Below are positions 1 to 8,230 of a stretch of DNA of 64,000 nucleotides, piece after piece. The DNA is from an archaeon (GTDB lineage Archaea > Nanobdellota > Nanobdellia > SCGC-AAA011-G17 > GW2011-AR17): positions 7,206 through 71,205 of the forward strand of contig JABHLH010000013.1 in assembly GCA_018692925.1 (NCBI GenBank). The letters run 5' to 3'. Position 1 is the first letter of the stretch. Each line of letters begins with the position of its first letter. A program made the translations under genes and the position numbers. The notes beneath the pieces were generated by a model. That model was not told where the DNA came from. It did not search any database and saw only the letters and a list, made by a program, of their open reading frames with translations.

Positions 1-577
1 GATATAATAAAGAATAAATTGCAAGTTGTAATTGTATACTATCTTTAATTTCGCTTCTTTTATTTGTTTTATAATCAATAATATGGATCTCTCCATCTCT
101 TTCTTGAATTGCATCTATGAAACCTCTCACCATATGCTTCTCAGAATGATATTCCTGCTCTCTAATCGGTGTTAATACTTTAAATGCATCTTGAACACTC
201 AATCCTTTTTTCAGCTCTAAACTAAATTCATCAAGAAAATGATCACTCCAATTCAAAACCATCATTAAACTTTCTTCAAAATAAAAAGCCAATTGATCTT
301 TACTCATATTCAACTCTTCTAACTTTTCTTTATAATTTCCCCATTGTCTAACAAACTCTTTTTGCAACATCATTTTAAAACCTTGCATATAATTCTCAGA
401 ATTTATTCCTTCAATACTTAGATCATAAAAATCTTCTAAAGTTGAGTGCACAATATTTCCTCTAACTAAATGTATACTTCCTTTAGTAGGTAATTTCTCA
501 ATATATTGATAATAATATTTTCTTTTACACTGTCTAAAAGTGTTAATTGACGACGGTGATTCTAATCTACTTGCCAT
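1..577 (-). CDS. PD-(D/E)XK nuclease, RecB/Cas4-like (N-terminal ~192 codons; rest lies outside the window)
   Basis: Absent from the ORF track because it is open at the window edge. Hand translation from ATG at 575-577: MASRLESPSSINTFRQCKRKYYYQYIEKLP...HMVRGFIDAIQERDGEIHIIDYKTNKRSE. The N-terminal Cys helix plus GxID...IIDYK match motifs II/III of PD-(D/E)XK nucleases. Confidence 0.6.
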   Translation of the reverse strand, partial: MASRLESPSSINTFRQCKRKYYYQYIEKLPTKGSIHLVRGNIVHSTLEDFYDLSIEGINSENYMQGFKMMLQKEFVRQWGNYKEKLEELNMSKDQLAFYFEESLMMVLNWSDHFLDEFSLELKKGLSVQDAFKVLTPIREQEYHSEKHMVRGFIDAIQERDGEIHIIDYKTNKRSEIKDSIQLQLAIYSLLY

Positions 578-632
578 TCACATTCATATTAGAATACTCT
601 TTATAAACTTTTATATTAAAAAATAGAAAAAC

Positions 633-1016
633 TTACAAATTCATACAAATTTGGTAAGCCATAAGCACATCAAAAGCATGAAAATCTCCAATCATAATAT
701 CTTGAGGTGTAATAACAACATAATTTCCTTTTCTTTCAAGAACAAAATATGGATCTTGACATTGATCAAAAATATTTCCAACTAAATATTTCTCACCATC
801 TTGCCTCATATCAGAACAAACTTCATCTCCAAATAAATCAATCGATTCATCTAAACTATCAGCAACTTCAAATATAAAATCATCATCTTGTGGAAAAAGT
901 TCTATAACTTTTTTTCTAATAGAAATAGGTTTTCCTCTATTAACTTCAGATTTTAAAAGATAAAAATTATTAGGTCTTGGTTTACCTATAATATCTACTA
1001 TTGCTTGTAAAGTCAT
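633..1016 (-). CDS. hypothetical cytoplasmic protein (127 aa)
   Basis: Track ORF with no signal peptide. It is 2 nt from the next gene on the same strand. No recognisable motif; faint resemblance to SUKH/SMI1-type immunity domains only. Confidence 0.45.
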   Translation of the reverse strand: MTLQAIVDIIGKPRPNNFYLLKSEVNRGKPISIRKKVIELFPQDDDFIFEVADSLDESIDLFGDEVCSDMRQDGEKYLVGNIFDQCQDPYFVLERKGNYVVITPQDIMIGDFHAFDVLMAYQICMNL

Positions 1017-1018
1017 TT

Positions 1019-1390
1019 TTATTGTTTTTCCAACTTAGATAATACTGCATTTCTTCTCATATTATAATCTAAATCTATAGGATTTGATTGAATATTACAA
1101 TATTTATTAGCTCCTTCTTGACAAACCCAAAGTTGATCTCTAACAACATGTCCAGTAGCATACTTAATTGATTTTGGATTTGAATAAACTTGATTTTCAT
1201 CAGAATCAATAAATTTTACTTCAGAATCATTAAGATCTAAAGTATAAGTATTACCATCAACTTTTGTATTTGGATTATTTACAACCAATTCTACTAATTT
1301 CTTCTCTTCAAGAAGATCTATATCTCTACTATCTTTACTACATGCACCTAATACCAATGCACCTACTAATCCTAATATTTTTCTTTTCAT
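1019..1390 (-). CDS. putative lipoprotein (123 aa)
   Basis: N-terminus MKRKILGLVGALVLGA|CSKD is a signal peptide plus a classical lipobox (L-G-A-C). Confidence 0.6.
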   Translation of the reverse strand: MKRKILGLVGALVLGACSKDSRDIDLLEEKKLVELVVNNPNTKVDGNTYTLDLNDSEVKFIDSDENQVYSNPKSIKYATGHVVRDQLWVCQEGANKYCNIQSNPIDLDYNMRRNAVLSKLEKQ

Positions 1391-1396
1391 TTTTCT

Positions 1397-2557
1397 TTAC
1401 CTCAACCTATTCAAATAAGTTAAAATTAACAAAATAACAAAAACTGCAAAAGCTCCACCAACTGCTAAAGGCCAAAAGTTACTTTCTTCATCAACATCTG
1501 TATTGAACAATTTCTGTTCAACAACACCATCTTCTGAACTAACTTCTACTAAAACACTTTGGTAACCACTTTCTTCTGGACTCAAAGTATAATATAATTC
1601 GCTACTTGAACCAGCTGGTACTGTTACACTTTCTGTATAATCTGCATCCATTCCACTTACTGTTAAATAAAATGTTTTTGAACTTTCACCTAAGTTACTA
1701 ACTTGAACTTTGAAACTACTATCTTCATTAACTTCTAAATCTTTAATTGTTTGAAATGAAACCACAGCATTTTCATCATAAACTGTTGCATCACTATTAA
1801 TTCTCAAATAGTTTGAATCTTCAACTTCTGTATTTCCATCATTATATTCAACTTCAACTTTAATTTCATAAACTCCTTCACTTACTCCTTCAGGAATAGT
1901 CAAATAAACTGTACTTACATCTGCTTCTTCATCAACTTCTAAATCATCTAAATATTCTCTATTTGAAATACCTAATTCTGGAATTGAAACTGTAACTCTC
2001 AGATCTTCTTCATCCATTTCACCTTGATTATCTAATCTAACTTTAACACCTAAATAGTCTCCTTCACTTACTGAACTTGAAGACAAAATAATATCTTTCA
2101 CTAAAATATTATGTCTTTCAGCTTCGAAAAACAAACTATATTCTTCAGTTTCTCTTTCTTGTGAATCATAAACTTCTACATGTAAAGTATATTCATTACT
2201 TGAAACATCTAGATCTTCAGGAATGTCTAAATACAAAGTTTTTCTATATGAAACTCCATTTTCAATATCAAAAGTTTCTGTATATTCTTCTATAGTATCA
2301 AATTCATATCCACCAATCCAGGTTTTAATTTTTACATCAGTTGTATCACCAGTACCTTCTAAGTGTACAGTAATTTGAGCAGAATCTCCTCTCTCAACTT
2401 GTACCATTTGATCAGCACTTGGACTAATTCCATTAATGTAAACTTTACTAATTTCATAATTATCTGAGTCTGCATTTACAATTGGCACAAAAGCCAACAT
2501 TATCATAAATAAACACATTATTTTTTTTATCATCTTTTTATAAATCTCCACAAGCAT
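1397..2557 (-). CDS. cell-surface protein with CARDB-like beta-sandwich repeats and a C-terminal TM anchor
   Basis: Signal peptide (likely true start MIKKIMCLFMIMLAFVPIVNA|DSD). Repeated acidic modules of the type 'NQGEMDEEDLRVTVSIPE...TIPEGVSEGVYEIKVEVEYNDG'. C-terminal hydrophobic helix plus basic tail: WPLAVGGAFAVFVILLILTYLNRLR. Confidence 0.6.
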   Translation of the reverse strand: MLVEIYKKMIKKIMCLFMIMLAFVPIVNADSDNYEISKVYINGISPSADQMVQVERGDSAQITVHLEGTGDTTDVKIKTWIGGYEFDTIEEYTETFDIENGVSYRKTLYLDIPEDLDVSSNEYTLHVEVYDSQERETEEYSLFFEAERHNILVKDIILSSSSVSEGDYLGVKVRLDNQGEMDEEDLRVTVSIPELGISNREYLDDLEVDEEADVSTVYLTIPEGVSEGVYEIKVEVEYNDGNTEVEDSNYLRINSDATVYDENAVVSFQTIKDLEVNEDSSFKVQVSNLGESSKTFYLTVSGMDADYTESVTVPAGSSSELYYTLSPEESGYQSVLVEVSSEDGVVEQKLFNTDVDEESNFWPLAVGGAFAVFVILLILTYLNRLR

Positions 2558-3164
2558 CTCTAAACATAACTGTATAAATTAATCTTTGACCAGCTAAATC
2601 TTTATGATCTGGATCAAATCTATCAATTCTTTCACCAGCTCTATAAACATCTAACATAGTACCATCATTATCATTATAATTCAAAACAAATCTTTCTTCA
2701 CCTTTCTCACATTCCATTTCAGTTCTACCTTGACCTAACATTAAACCAAAATAACTATCAGTACCTTTTTCTAATCTTTTAATTAAAGTACTTGAAATAT
2801 TACTCCAATCATCTTTTGTGATATAACCATTATCTGACCCAATTTCTTCTAATTGATTATCAGTTCCTTCATCCCAAGCTCCAAAAACAACTAAGGATCC
2901 ATCAATACTTTCACCTAATCTTTCATTATCAACACAACTAACTGTTAAATCATTATTTTGATATTTCAAAAAACAATCTTCAAAAGCTAAAACTCCACCA
3001 TCTTCATCTTCATAATGAACATCTTGTAAAAAAGCATAACTTGCACCATCTCTAGTAACTCCATGTTCTTGCATAGCTTTTACTAACTTCATTGAATCTG
3101 TATCTGCTTTACTTGTACCTAATAGAATTGGTACTAGTCCTGTTAATATTAATCTTTTATTCAT
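2538..3164 (-). CDS. secreted hypothetical protein (208 aa)
   Basis: Signal-like N-terminus MNKRLILTGLVPILLGTSKA|DTD. Same strand and tight spacing with the neighbouring surface genes. Confidence 0.5.
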   Translation of the reverse strand: MNKRLILTGLVPILLGTSKADTDSMKLVKAMQEHGVTRDGASYAFLQDVHYEDEDGGVLAFEDCFLKYQNNDLTVSCVDNERLGESIDGSLVVFGAWDEGTDNQLEEIGSDNGYITKDDWSNISSTLIKRLEKGTDSYFGLMLGQGRTEMECEKGEERFVLNYNDNDGTMLDVYRAGERIDRFDPDHKDLAGQRLIYTVMFRDACGDL

Positions 3165-3265
3165 TTTTGCACCTTACCTTCCCAATAACATCTAGGACAA
3201 TAACTAGTTTTTGTTTCAGAATCATATACTAATTCTTTTTCACAACTTCTTGGGCATAAACTCAT
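3161..3265 (-). CDS. 34-aa zinc-ribbon mini-protein (below track cut-off)
   Basis: Hand translation: MSLCPRSCEKELVYDSETKTSYCPRCYWEGKVQK. It has CxxxC...CxxC, and its TGA overlaps the ATG of the downstream gene (ATGA at 3161-3164). Confidence 0.4.
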   Translation of the reverse strand: MSLCPRSCEKELVYDSETKTSYCPRCYWEGKVQK

Positions 3266-3342
3266 AATTATACCCATCTAGAACTTCTTTATAAATCTTT
3301 CGGTTTTTTAGTTACTTAGAAGTAATAACAAAAAGAAAAAGA

Positions 3343-3678
3343 TTATTCTATATATACACTCATTTGACCAATCCAAAATTCATCTGACCAAGCACCTTCA
3401 GGAGTATATACTATACAATCCACTAAATCACCTTGTTTTGTATAATTACTATTCAAAATACTTTCTTCCCCAGTACTATTATGAACCTCTTCATGATTAA
3501 CTTGCCAATAGAAGTCAAAAATCCCATCATAATCCACACTACAAGTTACATTATCACTTGAGCTTGGAGTTTCAGGACTTATCCAAATCTCTGGAGAATA
3601 CCCAGTACAAGATTGATTTCCACATCCTAATAAAGGAATAAATGCGCCTAACATCACCATTTTTTCTAATTTTTTCAT
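3343..3678 (-). CDS. lipoprotein carrying one copy of the 'FDFYW' domain
   Basis: Lipobox MVMLGAFIPLLG|CGNQ. The body (SPETPSSSDNVTCSVDYDGIFDFYWQVNHEEV...GDLVDCIVYTPEGAWSDEFWIGQMSVYIE) is collinear with two N-terminal modules of the 780-aa protein. Confidence 0.6.
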   Translation of the reverse strand: MKKLEKMVMLGAFIPLLGCGNQSCTGYSPEIWISPETPSSSDNVTCSVDYDGIFDFYWQVNHEEVHNSTGEESILNSNYTKQGDLVDCIVYTPEGAWSDEFWIGQMSVYIE

Positions 3679-3780
3679 AATAACTAGAATATTAAAAAAG
3701 AAGATTAATCTAATCCCTATAAATTATATAATTTTTTAGAAAAGCAAAGATTTATATCTATACAATAGACAAAATTTATT

Positions 3781-4284
3781 ATGGAATTAATAAAAGAAAT
3801 AAAAGACAAAGAAATTCCAAGTAATGATTCTAATTTAAAAATAAGAGAAGCCTCAAGAGCTATTCTTTTTGAAGAAAATAATTTAATTCCATTATTATTT
3901 GTTTCAAAATATGATTACCATAAACTTCCAGGTGGAGGAATTGATGAAGGAGAAAATAAAACAGAAGCCCTTATAAGAGAATGTTTAGAAGAAGTAGGAA
4001 GTACCATAAAGATAAATGGAGAAGTTGGAAAAATTATTGAATTCAGATCAAAATGGGATTTAAAACAAACATCTTATTGTTTTTATGGAAATATTATTTC
4101 TAAAGGAAAGCCAGATTTTACAGAAAAAGAATTAAGTCAAGGTTTCAAAATAATTTGGTTACCATTAAAAGAAGCAATTTCACAAATTGAAAATGATACG
4201 CCTAAAAATTATGAAGGTGAATTTATACAAAAAAGAGATTTAGAATTTCTAAAAAAACTTGAACAAATATTAAAAAAAAATTAA
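3781..4284 (+). CDS. NUDIX hydrolase
   Basis: Nudix box GGIDEGENKTEALIRECLEEVGS fits Gx5Ex7REUxEExGU. Confidence 0.85.
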   Translation: MELIKEIKDKEIPSNDSNLKIREASRAILFEENNLIPLLFVSKYDYHKLPGGGIDEGENKTEALIRECLEEVGSTIKINGEVGKIIEFRSKWDLKQTSYCFYGNIISKGKPDFTEKELSQGFKIIWLPLKEAISQIENDTPKNYEGEFIQKRDLEFLKKLEQILKKN

Positions 4285-6623
4285 AAAATAGATTTAAGAA
4301 AATCCATTAGATTATCCCAAAATGTTTTTACAACTGGATCATCGCTTACAGTATTATATTCAACTAAATCACCTAAACTTGTAATTTCTAAGTTGATTAC
4401 TTCACTATAATCTAGATCTTCATTTTCAATTGAAACTTCCAATCCATATTTTCCTGTTTCTAAACCTTCTGGAATTTCTACTGTATAAACAGCATATCCT
4501 TTTTCATTTCTATCTAAGTCACTAAAGCTTGCAAAACATTCTTCACCAGCGATAATAAAACTAATATCTAAGTTTTGAGCATCGAAACTATTTTTATTTA
4601 ACATTTCAATATAAACTTTAATTTCATTATCTCCAGAGTCAGTTTCTAGATAACCATTTTCAACAAAGTAAGCACCACTGATTTCTAAGCTTAAACCAGA
4701 AACATCATAAGCAGAGTACAAATTGTTTGCATTCATAACTAATACTTCTGAAACACTTAAGTCAGTACCTTCATAGTTACTTCCATCAGCATCATTACCA
4801 TCATCGTCACCATCATTGTCACCATCATCATCTCCGTCATCATCGCCATCATCATCAGCTTCTGAAACAAAGATTCTAAAGTATGTTGAATCACTTAATT
4901 CACCATCACTTACAGTAACGAAAACAATATATTCACCAGCATCTCCTTCTTCAGTTGTCCATGTAAACTGATTATCATTAACATCAGCTTCATCTACACC
5001 TTCAAAGGTATAACTTAGATCATCTCCATCAGCATCACTAGCAGAAGCTTCAACTTCAACAGTTTCACCTTCTTCTACATACTGATCTTCAATGTCATCT
5101 AATTCAGGTGCTTGATTATCATCAACAACTTCTTCAGCTAAAACTATAACTAAAAATGTATCAATAATTTCACACTCATTATCAGTAACTGTAATAGTAA
5201 CTTCATAAACACCAGCATCTCCTTCTTCAGTTTGCCACAGACCATTATTTTCCATTGGCTCACTAAATGATGTAATTAAAATATCTCCATCAGCATCTGA
5301 AACTGTGTAATCAGCAACAGCTAATTCACCTTCATAAACTGTAATATCTTCTACACTTACAACAGGACAAGTATTTTCAACTTCAACATCTTCAGCTAAA
5401 ACTGTAACTAAAAAGGTATCTGTAATTTCACACTCATTATCAGTAACTGTAATAGTAACTTCATAAACACCAGCATCGCCTTCTTCAGTTTGCCACTGAC
5501 CGTTATTTTCCATTGGCTCACTAAATGATGTAATTAAAATATCTCCATCAGCATCTGAAACTATGTAATCAGCAACAGCTAATTCACCTTCATAAACTGT
5601 AATATCTTCTGCACTAACAACAGGACAAATATTTTCAATTTCCACTTCTTCTTCATTTACAGTAATTGTAATATTTCCAATTGAAATGTTTGAATCAGTA
5701 TCCATAACTCTCATACTTGTTTCATAAACACCAGCATCGCCAACAACAGTTTGCCATTCACCAATTAAATCTGCTAAAGGTAAACCAAATTCATATCTTA
5801 ATTCATCTTCTAAAGAATCAGAATCGTAAACATAAATTGTTTGACTTTCCATTAAATCAGTCATGCTACTATAAAAAAAGTAAGTCATAAAATTATTTGT
5901 ATAAACAACATCAACATTTACAAATTCTCCTTCATCAACTGAAAAGAAAATATCTGTAACTGCAGGTGCATAAGTTTCATCTTCTTCAATTACTACATCA
6001 TCACAACTATCAATTGTAACACTAGCACTTCCGATTTCAAAACTATCATACCATGCACTTTCAGGAACCCAAACAGATAATATCCATGTATCATCAACTG
6101 CTGTATAAGAATCATCTAAAACAGATTCATTATCAGTTTCTGATAAATAAACACTTCCATCTCTCATCCAATAAAAATCAAATGTAGTATCTTCATAACC
6201 TTCAACATAACCTGTTAAATTATCTTCATCACAAGGCTCAGAAGGATCAATAACTACATTACCATAATCAAATGTTGGTACATCTCCTTCGATTGTAACA
6301 CTAGCACTTCCATATTCAAAACTATCATACCAAGCACTTTCAGGCACCCAAACAGAAACTGTCCAGATTTCACCAGCGTCAGTAACTGAGCTACCTAAAC
6401 TAGATGAACTACCTGTACTTGATTTATAAGTTGCTCCATCTTTAATCCAATAGAAATCGAAGCTTGTACTTTCTTCTCCTTCAACAAATGCATTAAGTGT
6501 ATCTTCTGTACTTGGACTTGTTGGATCAATTACAACAGTTCCAGCACTAGCTACACTCATTGCTAGGATTAAAAACAATAAGATTAAAATTGTTTTTTTC
6601 ATCATTTTATTTTTGTCCTCCAT
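4281..6623 (-). CDS. large secreted multi-domain adhesin-like protein (780 aa)
   Basis: Signal peptide MMKKTILILLFLILAMSVASA|GT. Two 'FDFYW' modules. Four cadherin/He_PIG-like Ig modules (...SDADGD..TSF..G.WQTEEGDAGVYEVTITVTD...), two of them near-identical. Poly-Asp/Gly linker DDDGDDDGDDDGDNDGDDDGNDADG. C-terminal CARDB-like module (TVEIPEGLETGKYGLEVSIENED). Confidence 0.75.
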   Translation of the reverse strand: MEDKNKMMKKTILILLFLILAMSVASAGTVVIDPTSPSTEDTLNAFVEGEESTSFDFYWIKDGATYKSSTGSSSSLGSSVTDAGEIWTVSVWVPESAWYDSFEYGSASVTIEGDVPTFDYGNVVIDPSEPCDEDNLTGYVEGYEDTTFDFYWMRDGSVYLSETDNESVLDDSYTAVDDTWILSVWVPESAWYDSFEIGSASVTIDSCDDVVIEEDETYAPAVTDIFFSVDEGEFVNVDVVYTNNFMTYFFYSSMTDLMESQTIYVYDSDSLEDELRYEFGLPLADLIGEWQTVVGDAGVYETSMRVMDTDSNISIGNITITVNEEEVEIENICPVVSAEDITVYEGELAVADYIVSDADGDILITSFSEPMENNGQWQTEEGDAGVYEVTITVTDNECEITDTFLVTVLAEDVEVENTCPVVSVEDITVYEGELAVADYTVSDADGDILITSFSEPMENNGLWQTEEGDAGVYEVTITVTDNECEIIDTFLVIVLAEEVVDDNQAPELDDIEDQYVEEGETVEVEASASDADGDDLSYTFEGVDEADVNDNQFTWTTEEGDAGEYIVFVTVSDGELSDSTYFRIFVSEADDDGDDDGDDDGDNDGDDDGNDADGSNYEGTDLSVSEVLVMNANNLYSAYDVSGLSLEISGAYFVENGYLETDSGDNEIKVYIEMLNKNSFDAQNLDISFIIAGEECFASFSDLDRNEKGYAVYTVEIPEGLETGKYGLEVSIENEDLDYSEVINLEITSLGDLVEYNTVSDDPVVKTFWDNLMDFLKSIF
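5131..5646. repeat. near-identical tandem duplication, 2 x 258 nt, inside the adhesin gene
   Basis: Units 5131-5388 and 5389-5646 differ at only a handful of positions by eye. Each encodes one Ig-like module (VENxCPVVSxEDITVYEGELAVADYxVSDADGDILITSFSEPMENNGxWQTEEGDAGVYEVTITVTDNECEI). Confidence 0.9.
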
Positions 6624-6632
6624 CTACCTCAA

Positions 6633-8105
6633 TTAAAAGTTAACTTTAACTCCAGCTTTTCCTACATGTGAATAACTTGTATTTCCACCACTTGCACCAT
6701 TACCCATATTTAGTAATTCATAACCTACTCCTAATTCAACAGGACCTAAGTTTAAACCTAAACCTAAATTTGGATTAACATATGCATCAACATCAGAAAT
6801 TTGACCTGCATCTTGTGAAGTTTTTGTACCAGTATATTTACTTAGAACTAAACCAGCTTCTAAATCAACAGGACCAACTGAATAAATTAAACCAGCTTCT
6901 GCACCAAGTACAGTTGTTGGATCCACTGTCATATTATAATTTTCTAAATCAACATCAGTTCTAACATTACCAACTCCACCATAAACACCAAAGCCTAAAT
7001 CAACATTTTCAGTATCTAAAGTAATTCCAGCTTCAACTGCAACAGTTTTTCTTGAAGTATTAGCATCCACACCAGCGTAATGAACATCTGCAAATCTTGC
7101 ATCAGCTCTTCCACCAACTAATAAAGCTAAATTTCCATTCATTGGAATTGCATAAGCAACTAAACCTGTAGCATCAATTAAACCAACTTTGTTTAATCTT
7201 GCATCGTCATAGTTAATTTTTGCACCTAAAACATCAGCTTGAATAACTAAAGCACCAATACCTGTAGGAATAGCTAATCCACCAACAAATTCTAAACCAC
7301 TTCCAGATAAGTTTGCACCACTGTCTTGTCTACTATTTTCTTTTAAGTAAACAGCACTTAATCCAAAGTTACCAAAAACACTTCTAGCTTCTTCGTATTT
7401 TACAACAGGAGCAGCTTCAGGAATAACAACAACATTAGGTGCTGTTCCAGGAACAACAATAACATTATTTGTTTCATTAGTAGTTTGTCCAGTATAATTT
7501 AATTCTAATTTTGTAATTCTTTCTTCATGATCTACAATTGTAACTTCTAAAGCAAGAACTCTTCCAGTTAAACCAGTTAATTCTTCTTCGTCAATACATC
7601 CATCATCTTCAGCAGCTTCTTTAGCTTCTTCACCTAACATATCTTTAGGCATTAAGAATGAGCTAACATTGTCGAAGTAAATTCCATCTTCACCATTTCT
7701 AGTTCTAAACATTAATTCTGGAATAAGATTTCCATCGTCATCAAATCTTGTTTTAGTTGTTCTAATCATTGAGAAACTTCCCCAATCTATATCATAACCA
7801 TAATCAACCCATTGTGTATCTGAACCTAAATACAATTCTTTTGTAGCTTCATCAGCACAAGCCATATTTAATTCATAAATTCTTCCACCTTTCATCAAAG
7901 CTTCAGCAATTTCTTGAGTTTCTTCTAAATTTTGTTCAATTCCATCGTAGTGACCCACTAAAGCAACTGCAGTTTTACCCCAAACAGTTTGACCTTCAGG
8001 TACTTCTACTCTAATTGCGTCTTCACACATATCATCCGCTCTAGCAACATTTGCAGCTAACAAACTAGCAGCTAAAATTGGACTTAATAACATATTTCTA
8101 TTCAT
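6633..8105 (-). CDS. secreted protein with an outer-membrane-like beta-barrel C-terminal domain (490 aa)
   Basis: Signal peptide MNRNMLLSPILAASLLAANVARA|DD. The C-terminal ~250 aa is Gly/Ala/Val-rich with alternating hydrophobic/polar strands. It ends ...SHVGKAGVKVNF (terminal Phe, beta-signal-like). Confidence 0.8.
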   Translation of the reverse strand: MNRNMLLSPILAASLLAANVARADDMCEDAIRVEVPEGQTVWGKTAVALVGHYDGIEQNLEETQEIAEALMKGGRIYELNMACADEATKELYLGSDTQWVDYGYDIDWGSFSMIRTTKTRFDDDGNLIPELMFRTRNGEDGIYFDNVSSFLMPKDMLGEEAKEAAEDDGCIDEEELTGLTGRVLALEVTIVDHEERITKLELNYTGQTTNETNNVIVVPGTAPNVVVIPEAAPVVKYEEARSVFGNFGLSAVYLKENSRQDSGANLSGSGLEFVGGLAIPTGIGALVIQADVLGAKINYDDARLNKVGLIDATGLVAYAIPMNGNLALLVGGRADARFADVHYAGVDANTSRKTVAVEAGITLDTENVDLGFGVYGGVGNVRTDVDLENYNMTVDPTTVLGAEAGLIYSVGPVDLEAGLVLSKYTGTKTSQDAGQISDVDAYVNPNLGLGLNLGPVELGVGYELLNMGNGASGGNTSYSHVGKAGVKVNF

Positions 8106-8200
8106 TTTTTATAACCTCGCGAGTTTAATTACCACTAGAAAATAACAAACCCTTTATAAACCTTTGTTTTTAACACCACTTAAGAGTAGCACTCAAAAGC

Positions 8201-8208
8201 TTTATAAA
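8201..8208 (+). promoter_or_regulatory. TATA box (aaagcTTTATAAAgg) about 23 nt upstream of the ATG at 8231
   Basis: The same TTTATAAA motif recurs 23-27 nt upstream of many start codons in this window, which implies leaderless transcripts. Confidence 0.45.
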
Positions 8209-8230
8209 GGCCAATAAATAACTCCAACCC

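Noticed and set aside
6782-6964. 60-aa plus-strand ORF (Q/L/N-rich) inside the barrel gene
   Set aside because: It is antisense to a long, well-supported CDS. Its low-complexity composition is typical of the reverse frame of a Gly/Val/Ala-rich gene.
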